Below, piece after piece: positions 7,853-17,561 of a stretch of 49,570 bases of DNA. The notes under the pieces were generated by a model. The model made no database searches. It worked only from the letters and a program-made list of their open reading frames with translations, and had not been told where the DNA came from. A program made the translations under genes and the position numbers. The stretch's first letter is position 1. Each line of letters opens with the position of its first letter. The DNA is from Acidimicrobiia bacterium (GTDB lineage: Bacteria > Actinomycetota > Acidimicrobiia > IMCC26256 > JACDBD01). The stretch is taken from NCBI GenBank assembly GCA_050743365.1, contig JBOGFI010000037.1, positions 1-49,570 on the forward strand. The letters are read 5' to 3'.

Positions 7853-8643
7853 CAGAAGATCCGCGGGTCCCGGATGACATCGGTCGCGACGAGGCGGACG
7901 TACAGGTCGGTGAGAACGACCCCGACGAGACTCACCCAGGCGATCTGCATGTGCCGATCGTTCAGGAAGGACACGACCTTCCACGCGCGGTACCGCCGGG
8001 GCGATCTGGACAACACGTCGAGACGCCCTCCACAAAGATGCCGGCAGGAATGGCAGGAAACGGTGTAGGCGCCGAGCAGCACAGCGTTGGCCAACAGGAT
8101 CACGGTGCCCACGCCCATGCCGGTGCCGTCAGGGAAGCTGAACGCCTTGATGCCGTCCCACAGGAGGAGGAACGGGAACGGCAGCACCAGATAGAAGAAG
8201 ACGCGGTGGACGTTTTGGAGGATCAGAGGAAAGCGGGACTCACCCCTGTAGCGCGATCGGGCGTCGGGGACGGCGCACGCCGGCGGCGACCAGAAGAAGG
8301 CCCGATAGTAGGCCTTGCGGTAGTAGTAGCAGGTGAGACGGAACCCGAGTGGGAACGGGAGGATCAATAGGGCGGGCGACAGACCCCACCAGCTGCCGAC
8401 GAGATTCCACGAGTGGTGCTCACAGTTGTCCGCCAGACACGGTGAGTAGAACGGCGAGAGGTACGGATCGGCGTAGTAGTCGGCGTTGACGAACGTCACG
8501 TACAGGCCGTAGACGATGAACCCGCCGAGCGCGAGCACCGTGATCAGTGGTTCGAGCCACCACCGATCCTGTCGGCGGGAGGGCACGCTCGGCTCCCCGA
8601 GCCTCGCGTCGCGCACACGCAACTGATCGGTGGTAGCCGCCAT
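7852..8643 (-). CDS. Succinate dehydrogenase membrane anchor subunit (Sdh1-type, mycobacterial Rv0249c-like)
   Basis: It is the first gene of the sdh operon. It is polytopic and rich in aromatic residues (FYSPCLADNCEHHSW..., CYYYRKAYYRAFFW, TVSCHSCRHLCGG). The gene order anchor-flavoprotein-FeS matches actinobacterial Sdh1. Confidence 0.75.
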   Translation of the reverse strand: MAATTDQLRVRDARLGEPSVPSRRQDRWWLEPLITVLALGGFIVYGLYVTFVNADYYADPYLSPFYSPCLADNCEHHSWNLVGSWWGLSPALLILPFPLGFRLTCYYYRKAYYRAFFWSPPACAVPDARSRYRGESRFPLILQNVHRVFFYLVLPFPFLLLWDGIKAFSFPDGTGMGVGTVILLANAVLLGAYTVSCHSCRHLCGGRLDVLSRSPRRYRAWKVVSFLNDRHMQIAWVSLVGVVLTDLYVRLVATDVIRDPRIF

Positions 8644-8686
8644 CCCCTGCGCTCCCTCTGCGCTCGGTGCCCGGTCAAACTAGCCG

Positions 8687-9214
8687 CTACTCCAGGGGCT
8701 GCTCCTGCTCCACCTCGGGTGGCCGGGGCCGAAGGTTGGCCTCCTGGATCGTCCGCACGCACGCGTTCCACCGCAGGATCGCCTCGTCGTCATCGGCGGG
8801 GCTCAGAACACTCGCCCGCTCGTAGCAGGCCATCGCAGAGCGGAAGCTGTCGTAGCCGAAGTCCGAACCCACCGGCCGGGCCAGGCGCGCACGCGCTTCG
8901 CGTTCCCAGACGAGGCCCTCGTAGTAGTTGCGCGCGTACGGGTCGGTGAGCCGGCCAACGTACTCCCGCGCCAAGCGGACGCCCCGCGTACCGTGTCTGC
9001 CGAACTGATCGGTCATCGAGAGGATGAGGACGACAAGGACCGGTTGGTTGCCGGGGTCGGCGGCGAGGATGTCGAGGCAGATACTCTCGGCCTGCTCGGG
9101 GTCACTGAGGAGTCGGTAGCGCTCGGCCTTCTCGAGTGCCCGCGGGATCGCGGCCTTCGAGATCGGCTTGAGTGTGAAGGACTCCGACACCTCTCGCCCA
9201 CCTCCCGGGACCAC
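8687..9214 (-). CDS. Conserved hypothetical protein (helical repeat-like)
   Basis: Protein-like composition: ALEKAERYRLLSDPEQAESICLDILAADPGNQPVLVVLILSMTDQF...YYEGLVWEREARARL. I cannot assign a family. The start is uncertain. Confidence 0.65.
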   Translation of the reverse strand: MVPGGGREVSESFTLKPISKAAIPRALEKAERYRLLSDPEQAESICLDILAADPGNQPVLVVLILSMTDQFGRHGTRGVRLAREYVGRLTDPYARNYYEGLVWEREARARLARPVGSDFGYDSFRSAMACYERASVLSPADDDEAILRWNACVRTIQEANLRPRPPEVEQEQPLE

Positions 9215-9232
9215 GTGGTGACCGCGTGTGCG

Positions 9233-10792
9233 CTACGCCAGGTCGGGAACAGGCTGGGGCGGCGGCGGGCCCGCGTAGTGGGCGCTGGGGCGGATCAGCC
9301 GGTTGTCGGCCGCTTGCTCGAGGATGTGGCTGGTCCAGCCGATCACGCGACTGGACGCGAACGTGGGAGTGAACATCTCGCGGGGGACGCCGCAGGTGTC
9401 CATCACGATCCCGGCGTAGAACTCGACGTTAGTGTAGAGCTGGCGGCCCGGCTTCAGCTCGGCGAGCACGTCGACGGCCTTCTTCTCGATCGCCTTGGCC
9501 AGATCGACCTTGGGCCCGCCGAGCCGCTCGGCGACGCCGCGAAGCATGACCGAGCGGGGGTCGTCGGTCTTGTAGACGCGGTGGCCGAAACCCATGAGCC
9601 GGTCGCCCCGTTCCACCGCGTCGCGTAGCCACGGCTCGGCTTTATCCTCGGTTCCGATGGCGTCGAGCATGTCGAGGGCCCGGCTCGGCGCACCGCCGTG
9701 CAACGGGCCCGACAACGCGCCGATCGCCCCCACGACCGCCGAGCTCAGGTCTGCGCCCGTGGACGTGATCACTCGGGCGGTGAACGTCGACGCGTTGAAG
9801 CCGTGGTCGATCGTCGAGATGAGGTACTGCTCGACGGCGCGGGCGTGCCCGGGCTCCGGGACCTCTCCCAGCATCATGTACAGGTAGTTGGCGGCGTAGG
9901 ACAGCTCGGCGTGCGGGGCGATCGGCTCCATCCCATGCTTGAGCCGGTACAGCGCGGTCAGCAGCGTGGGCACCACCGCGCAGGTCTGGAGCGCCTGTCG
10001 ACGGAGCTCCTCGCGGCTCACGTCGAGCCAGGGCCGGAAGTCCAGGTCGACGCCCATCATCGAGGCGGTGGTGCGCAGCATGTCGAGCGGCGGCGCCTCG
10101 GGGCCGCCCAGCGCCGCGACCTGCGGCAGCAGGTCCTCGACATCGGGCGGGATCTCGCGCAGCGGGTTCACCTCGTCGATGAACCGGTTGCGCTCGTCGA
10201 CCGACGGCAGCTCGCCCTCGAAGAGCAGGTGCCACACGTCCTCGATGGTGCGCTTCTCGGCGAGCTCGACCGCGTTGTACTGGCGGTAGTGGTAGAAGCC
10301 CTCGAGGCCTCGTACGTCGCCGATGGCGGTGTCGGCCACGACGATGCCCTCGAGGCCCTTGGGGATGTCGGTGGCGGCCCGCTCGACCGGCAGGATCTGG
10401 GCGATCCTCATCAGGTCGCGCATCGATACCAGCCCGACGAGCTTGTCGTCGTCGACGACCGGAATGTGCCGGTACCCGTGCTCGGCGAGGCTCGCGAAGG
10501 CATCGGTGACCTCCTCGTCGGAGGCGACCGAGTCGGGGTCGGCCGTCATCCAGTCGGAGACCTTGTCGGCGCCCGTGTTGGCACCGGCGGCCGCGACTCG
10601 GATCATGTCGCGCTCGGTGAGGATGCCGATCGCCTTCTCGCCGTCGACGACGACGACGGAGCCGACCCGCTTCTCCCGCATCCGGGTGGCGGTGTCGGCG
10701 ATGGTCTCGCTCGCCGTGGCCGTGACCACCGGGTGGCTCATGATGTCGCCGACCGTGCGCGTTCCGGGTGCCTCGGTTGCGGCCATCGACAC
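9233..10792 (-). CDS. Citrate synthase with N-terminal CBS-pair domain
   Basis: Residues ~15-135 form two CBS repeats (VGDIMSHPVVTA...VGSVVVVD...GILTERDM; DWMTADPDSV...HIPVVDDDKLVGLVSMRDL). The rest is citrate synthase (GPLHGGAPS..., MGFGHRVYKTDDPR, TNVEFY). Confidence 0.9.
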   Translation of the reverse strand: MSMAATEAPGTRTVGDIMSHPVVTATASETIADTATRMREKRVGSVVVVDGEKAIGILTERDMIRVAAAGANTGADKVSDWMTADPDSVASDEEVTDAFASLAEHGYRHIPVVDDDKLVGLVSMRDLMRIAQILPVERAATDIPKGLEGIVVADTAIGDVRGLEGFYHYRQYNAVELAEKRTIEDVWHLLFEGELPSVDERNRFIDEVNPLREIPPDVEDLLPQVAALGGPEAPPLDMLRTTASMMGVDLDFRPWLDVSREELRRQALQTCAVVPTLLTALYRLKHGMEPIAPHAELSYAANYLYMMLGEVPEPGHARAVEQYLISTIDHGFNASTFTARVITSTGADLSSAVVGAIGALSGPLHGGAPSRALDMLDAIGTEDKAEPWLRDAVERGDRLMGFGHRVYKTDDPRSVMLRGVAERLGGPKVDLAKAIEKKAVDVLAELKPGRQLYTNVEFYAGIVMDTCGVPREMFTPTFASSRVIGWTSHILEQAADNRLIRPSAHYAGPPPPQPVPDLA

Positions 10793-10822
10793 TCCCCCTC
10801 TCGCGATCGACCGTCGCGGAGT

Positions 10823-11458
10823 CTAGAGGCCTCCCCGGGCCAGCCGGTCAGGGTCGCGGGACCCCACGAGGTGCGCGGTCTCGTTGAGCGTGACGATCGA
10901 CCGTGGGCCCGAGCGAGCGGCGGCGACGCGGCTGACGGACGTGTACGCCGGCTCGAACCACAGGTGCCGCTCGAGCCCGAGGAGGGCGGCCAGGTAGACG
11001 TTGATCACCCCGCCGTGGCAGACGAGCGCCACCCGCCGCTGCGCGAACCGGCCGATGATCCCGTCGACGCAGGGCACGATGCGGGCCGTGAACTGCTCCG
11101 GGGGCTCGCCTCCGAAGTCCTCCCAGCGTCCCTCGATCATCGCGGTCCAGCGGTGGTCGCGCGTCTCGCGCAGCTCCTCGACCGGGATGTAGTGGTCGGC
11201 GTTCACGTCGTACTCCGCCAGGTCGGCGCAGACCTCGGGCTCGAGCCCGTGGGCCCGGGCGACCGGCTCGGCCGTCTGACGCGCTCGCGCGAGGGGGCTC
11301 GTCAGCACGGCGTCGAGCGGCTCGAGCGCGAGCCAGTCGGCCAGCCGCTCGGCCTGGGAGCGCCCCCGTTCGGTCAACGCCGGGTCGACGGGACCGCCGC
11401 CGCCCTCGCCCGGCGCGATCCGCACCGGCTCGGCATGGCGGATGAGGAGCAGGTCCAC
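10823..11458 (-). CDS. Histidine phosphatase (phosphoglycerate mutase) family protein
   Basis: LLLIRHAEP...LTERGRSQAERLA...SPLARARQTAEP...VCHGGVIN, carrying the RHG and H catalytic motifs. Confidence 0.9.
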   Translation of the reverse strand: MDLLLIRHAEPVRIAPGEGGGGPVDPALTERGRSQAERLADWLALEPLDAVLTSPLARARQTAEPVARAHGLEPEVCADLAEYDVNADHYIPVEELRETRDHRWTAMIEGRWEDFGGEPPEQFTARIVPCVDGIIGRFAQRRVALVCHGGVINVYLAALLGLERHLWFEPAYTSVSRVAAARSGPRSIVTLNETAHLVGSRDPDRLARGGL

Positions 11459-11464
11459 AGTCGG

Positions 11465-12100
11465 TCAGGCCAGTGTGAAGCCGAGTACGGACTCGAGCTC
11501 GGCCAGCGCCGCGGCCGGGTCGGTGACCTTGATCGTGGTCATCCCGAGCGCACGCGCCGCCTTCAGGTTCACGCCGAGGTCGTCGAGGAAGACCGACTCT
11601 TGTGGACGGACGCCCAGTCGCTCGCAGGCCAGCTCGTAGACCCGCGGGTCGGGCTTGCGCAGCCCCTCGACCGCCGACTCCACGATCACGTCGAAGCGGT
11701 CACCCAGGGCGGAGACGCCGCCGGACTCGCGCCGTTCGTGGTCGCCGGCCCAGTTGTTCGTGAGCGCGCCGGTCTTGAGCCCCTGGCTCCGGATCGCGTC
11801 CAGGGCGATCACCATCTCCGGTCGCGGGGCGAGCCCGGCGCCGACGGCCGCCATAATGTCGGAGGCCGACACCGTCTCGCCGGCGGCGGCGCATTCGGCC
11901 TCGAACGCGGTGCAGAACTCGTCGACCATCAGTTCGCCGCGCTCGAGCCGCGCCCACGCCCCGCCCTCGGGGTCGGCGAGCACCACCTCGCTGAGGAAAC
12001 GATGTGGGAGCCCGTGCTCGCGCTCGTAGGCGCGGAACACGTCGAGGGGCGACGGGAACACGACACCCCCGAGGTCGAAGATCACCGCTCGGTACTGCAT
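11465..12100 (-). CDS. HAD family hydrolase
   Basis: Start is at the internal Met, MQYRAVIFDLGGVV (DxDx motif). Also present: GALTNN and FLDDLGVNLKAARALGM. The ATG overlaps the upstream stop (ATGA). Confidence 0.9.
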   Translation of the reverse strand: MQYRAVIFDLGGVVFPSPLDVFRAYEREHGLPHRFLSEVVLADPEGGAWARLERGELMVDEFCTAFEAECAAAGETVSASDIMAAVGAGLAPRPEMVIALDAIRSQGLKTGALTNNWAGDHERRESGGVSALGDRFDVIVESAVEGLRKPDPRVYELACERLGVRPQESVFLDDLGVNLKAARALGMTTIKVTDPAAALAELESVLGFTLA

Positions 12101-13716
12101 CAGCGGATCGGGTCCACCAGCACGCCGGGATTGAGCAAGCCCGCGGGGTCGACGGCGGCCTTGGCCGCCCGCAGCGCGTCGGCGAAGGGCTCGGGACGCT
12201 GGCGGTCGTACCACGGCCGGTGGTCGCGGCCGACCGCGTGATGATGGGTGATGGTGGCGCCGTGCCGCATCAGCGCCTCGGACGCCGCCGCCTTGATCGC
12301 GGCCCACTGCGCGAGCTGGTCGCCGTCGCGCCCCGGCGCGATCACCGTGAAGTAGGGCGCGGGGCCGTCGGGGTACACGTGGGTGAAGCGGCAGGTGACG
12401 ACCCCGTTGGCGGCGTCGACAGCCGCCAATGCGCCCCGCACGGCCTGCATCACGTCGGCGTAGAGGGCGCCGAACCGATCCCAGGTGATCGCGGTCTCGA
12501 AGGTCTCGTTGACGCAGCCCATCGCCACCAGGGCGTCGCGCGTGTACGGCGCCCGGATGAACGCGTTGCGCCATGCGCCCGCCGCGCCTTCTCGTGAGGC
12601 GTCGTCGTCGGTTCGCGTGCGCACGGCGTCATCGGCCACGTCGCCGCCGTGGTCGCGGGCGCACTCGACCGCCCGGGCGATCCAGGGGTCGAGAGGATGG
12701 TCGGCCGACTCGAACGCCACCAGCAGCACGTGGGCGGAGCCGTCGTCGGTGCCGGTGATCATGGCTTCGGTGGCGTCGAGCAGCCGGCAGTTGGCCGGGA
12801 ACAGCCCGGCCTGGGCGAGCGCGCGGGCGGCGTCGACGCCGTCGTCGAACTTGCGGAAGCGGACCGGGGCCGAGGCGCGGAACCGGGGCCGGTCCTGGAG
12901 GCGCATCCACGCCTCGGTGATCACGCCGAGGATGCCCTCGGAGCCGAGCAGCAGCCGGTCGGGGGACGGCCCTGCGCCCGAGCCGGGCAGCCGGAACGTC
13001 TCCAGCACGCCGCCGGGCGTGACCGCCCGCAGCGACTCCACGAAGTCGTCGATGTGGGTGTAGAGGGTGGCGTAGTGGCCGCCCGACCGGGTCGCGATCC
13101 ATCCCCCGAGGGTCGAGCACTCGAACGACTGCGGGAAGTGGCGGAGGGTGAGGCCGTGGGGGCGGAGCTGCTCCTCGAGCGCGGGGCCGTAGACCCCGGT
13201 CTGGATGCGGGCGGCGCGGGAGGTGCGGTCGATCTCGAGCACGCGGTCGAGGTTGCGGAGGTCGATCGTCACGACACCGGAGTACTGCCCGTCGCCGGCG
13301 TCGCACTCGACGCCTCCGACCACCGACGAGCCGCCGCCGTACGGGACGGCGGCGGCGCCGGCCTCGGCGCACCAGTCGAGCAGCCCGGCGACGTCGTCCT
13401 CGGTTCGAGGCAACGCAACGACGTCAGGCGGATGCGGGAACTCGCGCCGGAACGCGCGGACAACGTCGCGGAACGACTTGCCGTAGGTGTGACCGGCCCG
13501 CTCGAACGGGTCGGTGGTGCAGAGCGACGCGAGCGACGTCGGCGGGGTGAGGCGGGGGGCGGGCAGGTCGAGCTCATCGAGAGTGGGGGCCTCGGCGACG
13601 GCCAGTGAGTCAACCCGGAACATCGCCGCCAGGGTCTGCGCCATCGACTCCTGCTGGGCCCGGGTCGGGCCCTCGCCCTCGTAGCCCCAGCCCCAGAACT
13701 TTCGCCGTCGCGCCAC
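12100..13716 (-). CDS. FAD-binding oxidoreductase (alkylglycerone-phosphate synthase-like FAD-linked oxidase)
   Basis: RRKFWGWGYEGEG..., PDVVALPRTEDDVAGLLDWC..., AVPYGGGSSVVGGVE. The GTG at 13716 was chosen as the start; the upstream tracked codons are uncertain. Confidence 0.85.
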   Translation of the reverse strand: MARRRKFWGWGYEGEGPTRAQQESMAQTLAAMFRVDSLAVAEAPTLDELDLPAPRLTPPTSLASLCTTDPFERAGHTYGKSFRDVVRAFRREFPHPPDVVALPRTEDDVAGLLDWCAEAGAAAVPYGGGSSVVGGVECDAGDGQYSGVVTIDLRNLDRVLEIDRTSRAARIQTGVYGPALEEQLRPHGLTLRHFPQSFECSTLGGWIATRSGGHYATLYTHIDDFVESLRAVTPGGVLETFRLPGSGAGPSPDRLLLGSEGILGVITEAWMRLQDRPRFRASAPVRFRKFDDGVDAARALAQAGLFPANCRLLDATEAMITGTDDGSAHVLLVAFESADHPLDPWIARAVECARDHGGDVADDAVRTRTDDDASREGAAGAWRNAFIRAPYTRDALVAMGCVNETFETAITWDRFGALYADVMQAVRGALAAVDAANGVVTCRFTHVYPDGPAPYFTVIAPGRDGDQLAQWAAIKAAASEALMRHGATITHHHAVGRDHRPWYDRQRPEPFADALRAAKAAVDPAGLLNPGVLVDPIR

Positions 13717-13774
13717 GGCGGGCAGGCTATGCCCGGAACGAGCCGCCGACGCCGCCGACGCGAGGAATCCGCTG

Positions 13775-14509
13775 ATGGAGACAAAGGTCGACGAGATCGC
13801 CCCCGGGATCCACCGCCTCTCGACGTTCGTGCCCGAGATCGCCGAGCCCGCCGGCTTCACGTTCAATCAGTTCCTCGTCGACGCCGACGAGCCGCTGCTG
13901 TTCCACTGCGGGCCCCGCCAGATGTTCCCGCTGGTGGCGGACGCCGTCGGCCGGATCATGCCGGTCGAGCGGCTGCGCTGGATCACGTTCGGCCACGTCG
14001 AGTCGGACGAGTGCGGCTCGATGAACGAGTGGCTCGCGGCCGCGCCGAAAGCGGAGGTGGCGCACGGGGTCATCGGCTGTCTCGTGTCTCTGAACGACCT
14101 CGCCGACCGACCACCCCGGGCGCTCGAGGACGGCGAGGTGATCGACCTCGGCGGCAAGCGGGTACGCCACCTCGACACCCCGCACGTCCCGCACGCGTGG
14201 GAGGCGCGGGTGCTGTACGAGGAGACGACCGGGACGCTGCTGTGCGGCGACCTGTTCACCCATATCGGCGACGGGCCTGCACTCACCCGGGACGACATCG
14301 TGGGCCCGGCGATGGAGACCGAGGACATTTTCCTGGCCTCGTGCCTCACCCCCCAGACCGCGCCGACGATCCGGAAGCTCGCCGACCTCGAGCCGCGCGC
14401 GCTCGCGCTCATGCACGGCTCGTCCTTCGACGGCGACTGCCCTGCCGCGCTGCGGGCACTCGCCGACGGCTACCAGGAACGCCTCGAGAACGCGGCAGCG
14501 TCAGCCTGA
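13775..14509 (+). CDS. MBL-fold metallo-hydrolase family protein
   Basis: FNQFLVDADEPLLFHCGP...ITFGHVESDECG...HLDTPHVPHAW, a beta-lactamase-fold/ODP-like pattern. Confidence 0.8.
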   Translation: METKVDEIAPGIHRLSTFVPEIAEPAGFTFNQFLVDADEPLLFHCGPRQMFPLVADAVGRIMPVERLRWITFGHVESDECGSMNEWLAAAPKAEVAHGVIGCLVSLNDLADRPPRALEDGEVIDLGGKRVRHLDTPHVPHAWEARVLYEETTGTLLCGDLFTHIGDGPALTRDDIVGPAMETEDIFLASCLTPQTAPTIRKLADLEPRALALMHGSSFDGDCPAALRALADGYQERLENAAASA

Positions 14510-14514
14510 CCAAG

Positions 14515-15084
14515 TCACCCGGAGCGCAGCACCGCCTCGATCTCGAGCTCGATGCGGACCGTCTTGCCCAATAGCACCCCGCCGGTCTCGAGCACGACGT
14601 TCCAGTTGGCGCCGAAGTCGTCCCGGTCGATCTCGGTCGAAGCCGAGAAGCCGGCCCGCTTCCCGCCCCAGGGGTCGTCGGACCAGCCGAGGTACTCGAC
14701 GTCGAGGGTCACGGGCCTGGTCACGTCCCGGATGGTGAGGTCGCCCTCGACCACGTAGCGGCCAGGCTCGTCGGGGCGCACGGCCGTGCTCCGGAACGAG
14801 AGCGTCGGGAAGCGCTCCACGTCGAGGAAATCGGGGTTGCGCAGGTGGGCATCCCGGTCGGGGTTGTGGGTGTCGATGCTGGCGGCCTGGATCTGGGCCT
14901 CCACCGACGACCGGCTCGGGTCGGCATCGATCGTGATCGAACCCTCGAACTCGGTGAAGCGGCCCCGGACCTTCGACAGCAGGTGCCGGGCGACGAACTC
15001 CACGTTGGAGTGCGCGGGGTCGATCTCCCACACACCGGGGGAGAGGATGTCCTGGTCGGGTCGGGTGATCTGCGTGGTGCTCAT
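14515..15084 (-). CDS. YceI family protein
   Basis: WEIDPAHSNVEFVARHLLSKVRGRF...IDTHNPDRDAHLRNPDFLDVERFPT...GDLTIRDVTRPV. Confidence 0.9.
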   Translation of the reverse strand: MSTTQITRPDQDILSPGVWEIDPAHSNVEFVARHLLSKVRGRFTEFEGSITIDADPSRSSVEAQIQAASIDTHNPDRDAHLRNPDFLDVERFPTLSFRSTAVRPDEPGRYVVEGDLTIRDVTRPVTLDVEYLGWSDDPWGGKRAGFSASTEIDRDDFGANWNVVLETGGVLLGKTVRIELEIEAVLRSG

Positions 15085-15147
15085 GAGCGCCCCTTCTGCT
15101 AATCTCTAGTAAGGTACTTATGGTCTACAAGTCCAGGGAGGCGCCCA
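15085..15147. promoter_or_regulatory. Divergent promoter/operator region between the yceI-like and hxlR-like genes
   Basis: This is the only AT-rich patch locally (ctaatctctagtaaggtacttatggtctacaag). It has a short inverted repeat TAAG-gta-CTTA. This is the usual place for HxlR autoregulation, but it is not verifiable from sequence alone. Confidence 0.3.
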
Positions 15148-15525
15148 ATGTTCCCCGGAGCCGCCGGACCGATGGCGGTAGGGTCCGCGACCATGGGAGC
15201 GGAGCCGGCCGAGGAGTACTGCGCCACCTACCAGCGGGCGATCGAGCTGGTGGGGCGCCGCTGGACCGGTGAGATCGTGCGGGCGCTTCTCGCCGGAAAG
15301 ACCCGCTTCAGCGAGTTCACCGCCACCATCCCCGGTCTCAGCGACCGGCTCCTCTCGGAGCGGCTCAAGGACCTCGAGACCGAGGGGATCGTCCAGCGCT
15401 GCGTGAGCCCGGACACCCCGGTACGGGTCGACTATCGCCTCACCGACAAGGGGGAGGCCCTCGGCGACGTCGTGGACGCCGTGTCGGCCTGGGCCGAGCG
15501 GTGGGTGCGCGCGGGCAGTGGATGA
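15148..15525 (+). CDS. HxlR family transcriptional regulator
   Basis: CATYQRAIELVGRRWTGEIVRALLAGKTRFSEFTATIPGLSDRLLSERLKDLETEGIV...YRLTDKG. The start may be the internal Met at 15193. Confidence 0.9.
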   Translation: MFPGAAGPMAVGSATMGAEPAEEYCATYQRAIELVGRRWTGEIVRALLAGKTRFSEFTATIPGLSDRLLSERLKDLETEGIVQRCVSPDTPVRVDYRLTDKGEALGDVVDAVSAWAERWVRAGSG

Positions 15526-15973
15526 CGCCACCGCGATCACCGCGCTGATCCACGCCTACGCCGAGCTGCTCGACGCCGGCGACCTCGACGGCGTCGCGGC
15601 GCTGTTCGAGGACGCGACGTGGGGCTCGCCCGGCCGCGGCGAGCCGCTGCGGGGCGCGGCGCCGGTGCGTCGGGGCTACGACGGCGTGATCCTCCACGAG
15701 GACGGGACGCCCGCCACCAAGCACGTGATCTCGAACGTCACCATCGACGTCGACGAGGCCAACAGGACGGCCACGGCGCGTTCGTACTTCACCGTGCTCC
15801 AGGCTCTGCCCGACTTCCCGCTCCAGCCGATCATCGCCGGTCGGTACCACGACCGGTTCGGACGGGTCGAGGGCCGGTGGCGTTTTACCGAGCGCGTCAT
15901 CGTCCCCGACCTTCTCGGGGATCTGAGCCGGCACCTGCGTGACCCCGGGGAGGCCACCCGGGCCCAGGGGTGA
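15518..15973 (+). CDS. SnoaL-like / NTF2-fold protein
   Basis: ITALIHAYAELLDAGDLDGVAALFEDATW...HVISNVTIDVD...GRYHDRFGRVEGRWRFTER. It overlaps the upstream gene by 8 nt. Confidence 0.8.
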   Translation: MDDATAITALIHAYAELLDAGDLDGVAALFEDATWGSPGRGEPLRGAAPVRRGYDGVILHEDGTPATKHVISNVTIDVDEANRTATARSYFTVLQALPDFPLQPIIAGRYHDRFGRVEGRWRFTERVIVPDLLGDLSRHLRDPGEATRAQG

Positions 15974-16920
15974 GGTTCGGGGTCGTCGTCCCGAGCTACG
16001 GGCGCCTCGGCGACCCCGAGGCGGTGGCCCGCCTGATCGTGGCGGCCGAGCGGCTCGGCTACGAGGGCGCGTGGTTCGCCGACCACGTGGTGGTGCCCGA
16101 CTACGCCACCGGGTGGCTGCCGCCGCCGATTCTCGAGCCCCTTTCGACCTGTGCGTTCGGCGCCGGGCTCACCTCTCGGCTGCGCTTCGGGGTCGACGTC
16201 CTGGTCGCGGCGTACCGGCACCCGCTCGTGCTCGCGTCGACGGCTGCCACCATCGACCGGCTCTCCCGCGGACGGCTGGTGGTCGGCGTCGGCGTGGGCT
16301 ACCTGGAGGGCGAGTTCGCCGCCTTGGGCGTCCCGTACGAGCAGAGGGGCGACATCACCGACGAGCACCTCCGACTGCTGCGCGACGCGTGGACGACGTC
16401 GGGACCGGTCGGCGGCGTGCATCCCGGCGTGCAGCCCGAGGCGCCCGGCGTCCCGCTCTGGGTCGGGGGCAACATCACCCGCGCCCTGCGGCGCGCCGCC
16501 GAGCTCGGCGACGGCTGGCATCCGCTCTGGCCCACGCCCGAGGACTACGCGGGCGGACGCCGGCGCATCGACGAGCTGCGCGCCCGGGCCGGGATCGCCC
16601 GGCCGTTCACGTTCTCCTACTCGTGCCCGCTCGGGCGCGTGCTCGATCGGCCCCGCGACGACTGGGGCGACGTGGCCGACCCCCGCCCGACCCGGCCCGA
16701 GTTCGGCTACGTGCCGCCGCTCCCGCGCGCCGGCGGCGGGCGCCCGCGCTTCACCGGCACGCCCGAGCAGCTGGCCGACGACGTCGCCGTCTTCGCCGCC
16801 GCCGGAGTGGAGCACCTGACGCTGCGCTTCTGGACGTCGGGCGTCGACCTCGACGCCGCCGGCGTCGAGGCGCAGATGGATGCCTTCGCGACCGAGGTCA
16901 TGCCAGAGTTCGGGTCGTGA
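15970..16920 (+). CDS. LLM-class (luciferase-like) F420-dependent oxidoreductase
   Basis: MRFGVVVPSYG...AERLGYEGAWFADHVV...DRLSRGRLVVGVGVGY...PLWVGGN. The GTG start overlaps the upstream stop. Confidence 0.9.
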   Translation: MRFGVVVPSYGRLGDPEAVARLIVAAERLGYEGAWFADHVVVPDYATGWLPPPILEPLSTCAFGAGLTSRLRFGVDVLVAAYRHPLVLASTAATIDRLSRGRLVVGVGVGYLEGEFAALGVPYEQRGDITDEHLRLLRDAWTTSGPVGGVHPGVQPEAPGVPLWVGGNITRALRRAAELGDGWHPLWPTPEDYAGGRRRIDELRARAGIARPFTFSYSCPLGRVLDRPRDDWGDVADPRPTRPEFGYVPPLPRAGGGRPRFTGTPEQLADDVAVFAAAGVEHLTLRFWTSGVDLDAAGVEAQMDAFATEVMPEFGS

Positions 16921-17540
16921 CCGTGACGTCCGAGGACATCGTGGTCGCGGCCGAGCTGTGCTCCACCACGTTGGGGCAGGCCGACGACGCCGACTGGGAC
17001 GCGACCGCCGGCGTGCTCGACTGGACGTGCAAGCACACCCTCGACCACATCGCGAATACGTCGATCTTCTACGCCACCGCCCTCGCCAGCCGGGCGAAGG
17101 GCCCGACGCCGAAGGTCCGCAACGGCGACCCCGCCGCCCCGGTCGGGATCCTGCTGAGCGTCGTGCCCGCGGCCGCCTCGATCCTCGCCGAGGTCGCGAA
17201 GGCCGCGGGGCACGAAGCGCGCGGTTGGCATCCCGCCGGGGTCGCCGACGCCGAGGGCTTTCTCGCCATGGGTTGCGACGAGGTCCTGGTGCACACGGCC
17301 GACATTGCCGCCGGCCTCGGCGTGGGGTTCGCCGCCCCCGTCGACCTCTGCCAGCGCGTCGTAGCCCGGCTGTTCCCGTGGGCGCCGATCGACACCGAGC
17401 CGTGGTCGACACTGTGGTGGGCCAACGGGCGCGCCCCCCTCGGCGACCGTCCCCGTCTCGATCCCGACTGGTACTGGCACTGCGCCCCGCTCGCCGAGTG
17501 GGACGGCACCGTCAAGCGACGCTCGGCCCCCCCGGGCTGA
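16917..17540 (+). CDS. DinB / maleylpyruvate isomerase N-terminal domain family protein
   Basis: The GTG at 16917 overlaps the upstream stop (GTGA). Sequence: VTVTSEDIVVAAELCSTTLGQADDADWDATAGVLDWTCKHTLDHIANT... Only the last 208 codons of tracked ORF 15939..17540 are protein-like. Confidence 0.75.
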   Translation: MTVTSEDIVVAAELCSTTLGQADDADWDATAGVLDWTCKHTLDHIANTSIFYATALASRAKGPTPKVRNGDPAAPVGILLSVVPAAASILAEVAKAAGHEARGWHPAGVADAEGFLAMGCDEVLVHTADIAAGLGVGFAAPVDLCQRVVARLFPWAPIDTEPWSTLWWANGRAPLGDRPRLDPDWYWHCAPLAEWDGTVKRRSAPPG

Positions 17541-17561
17541 CGAACGTCTTTGGGAACTACA

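Noticed and set aside
15098-15112. Shared motif between the yceI/hxlR gap (ctagtaaggtactta) and the gap at about 27498..27512 (ggtaagtactagc)
   Set aside because: The similarity rests on roughly 8-10 AT-rich bases in opposite orientation. That is too short to separate from chance without a genome-wide motif search.
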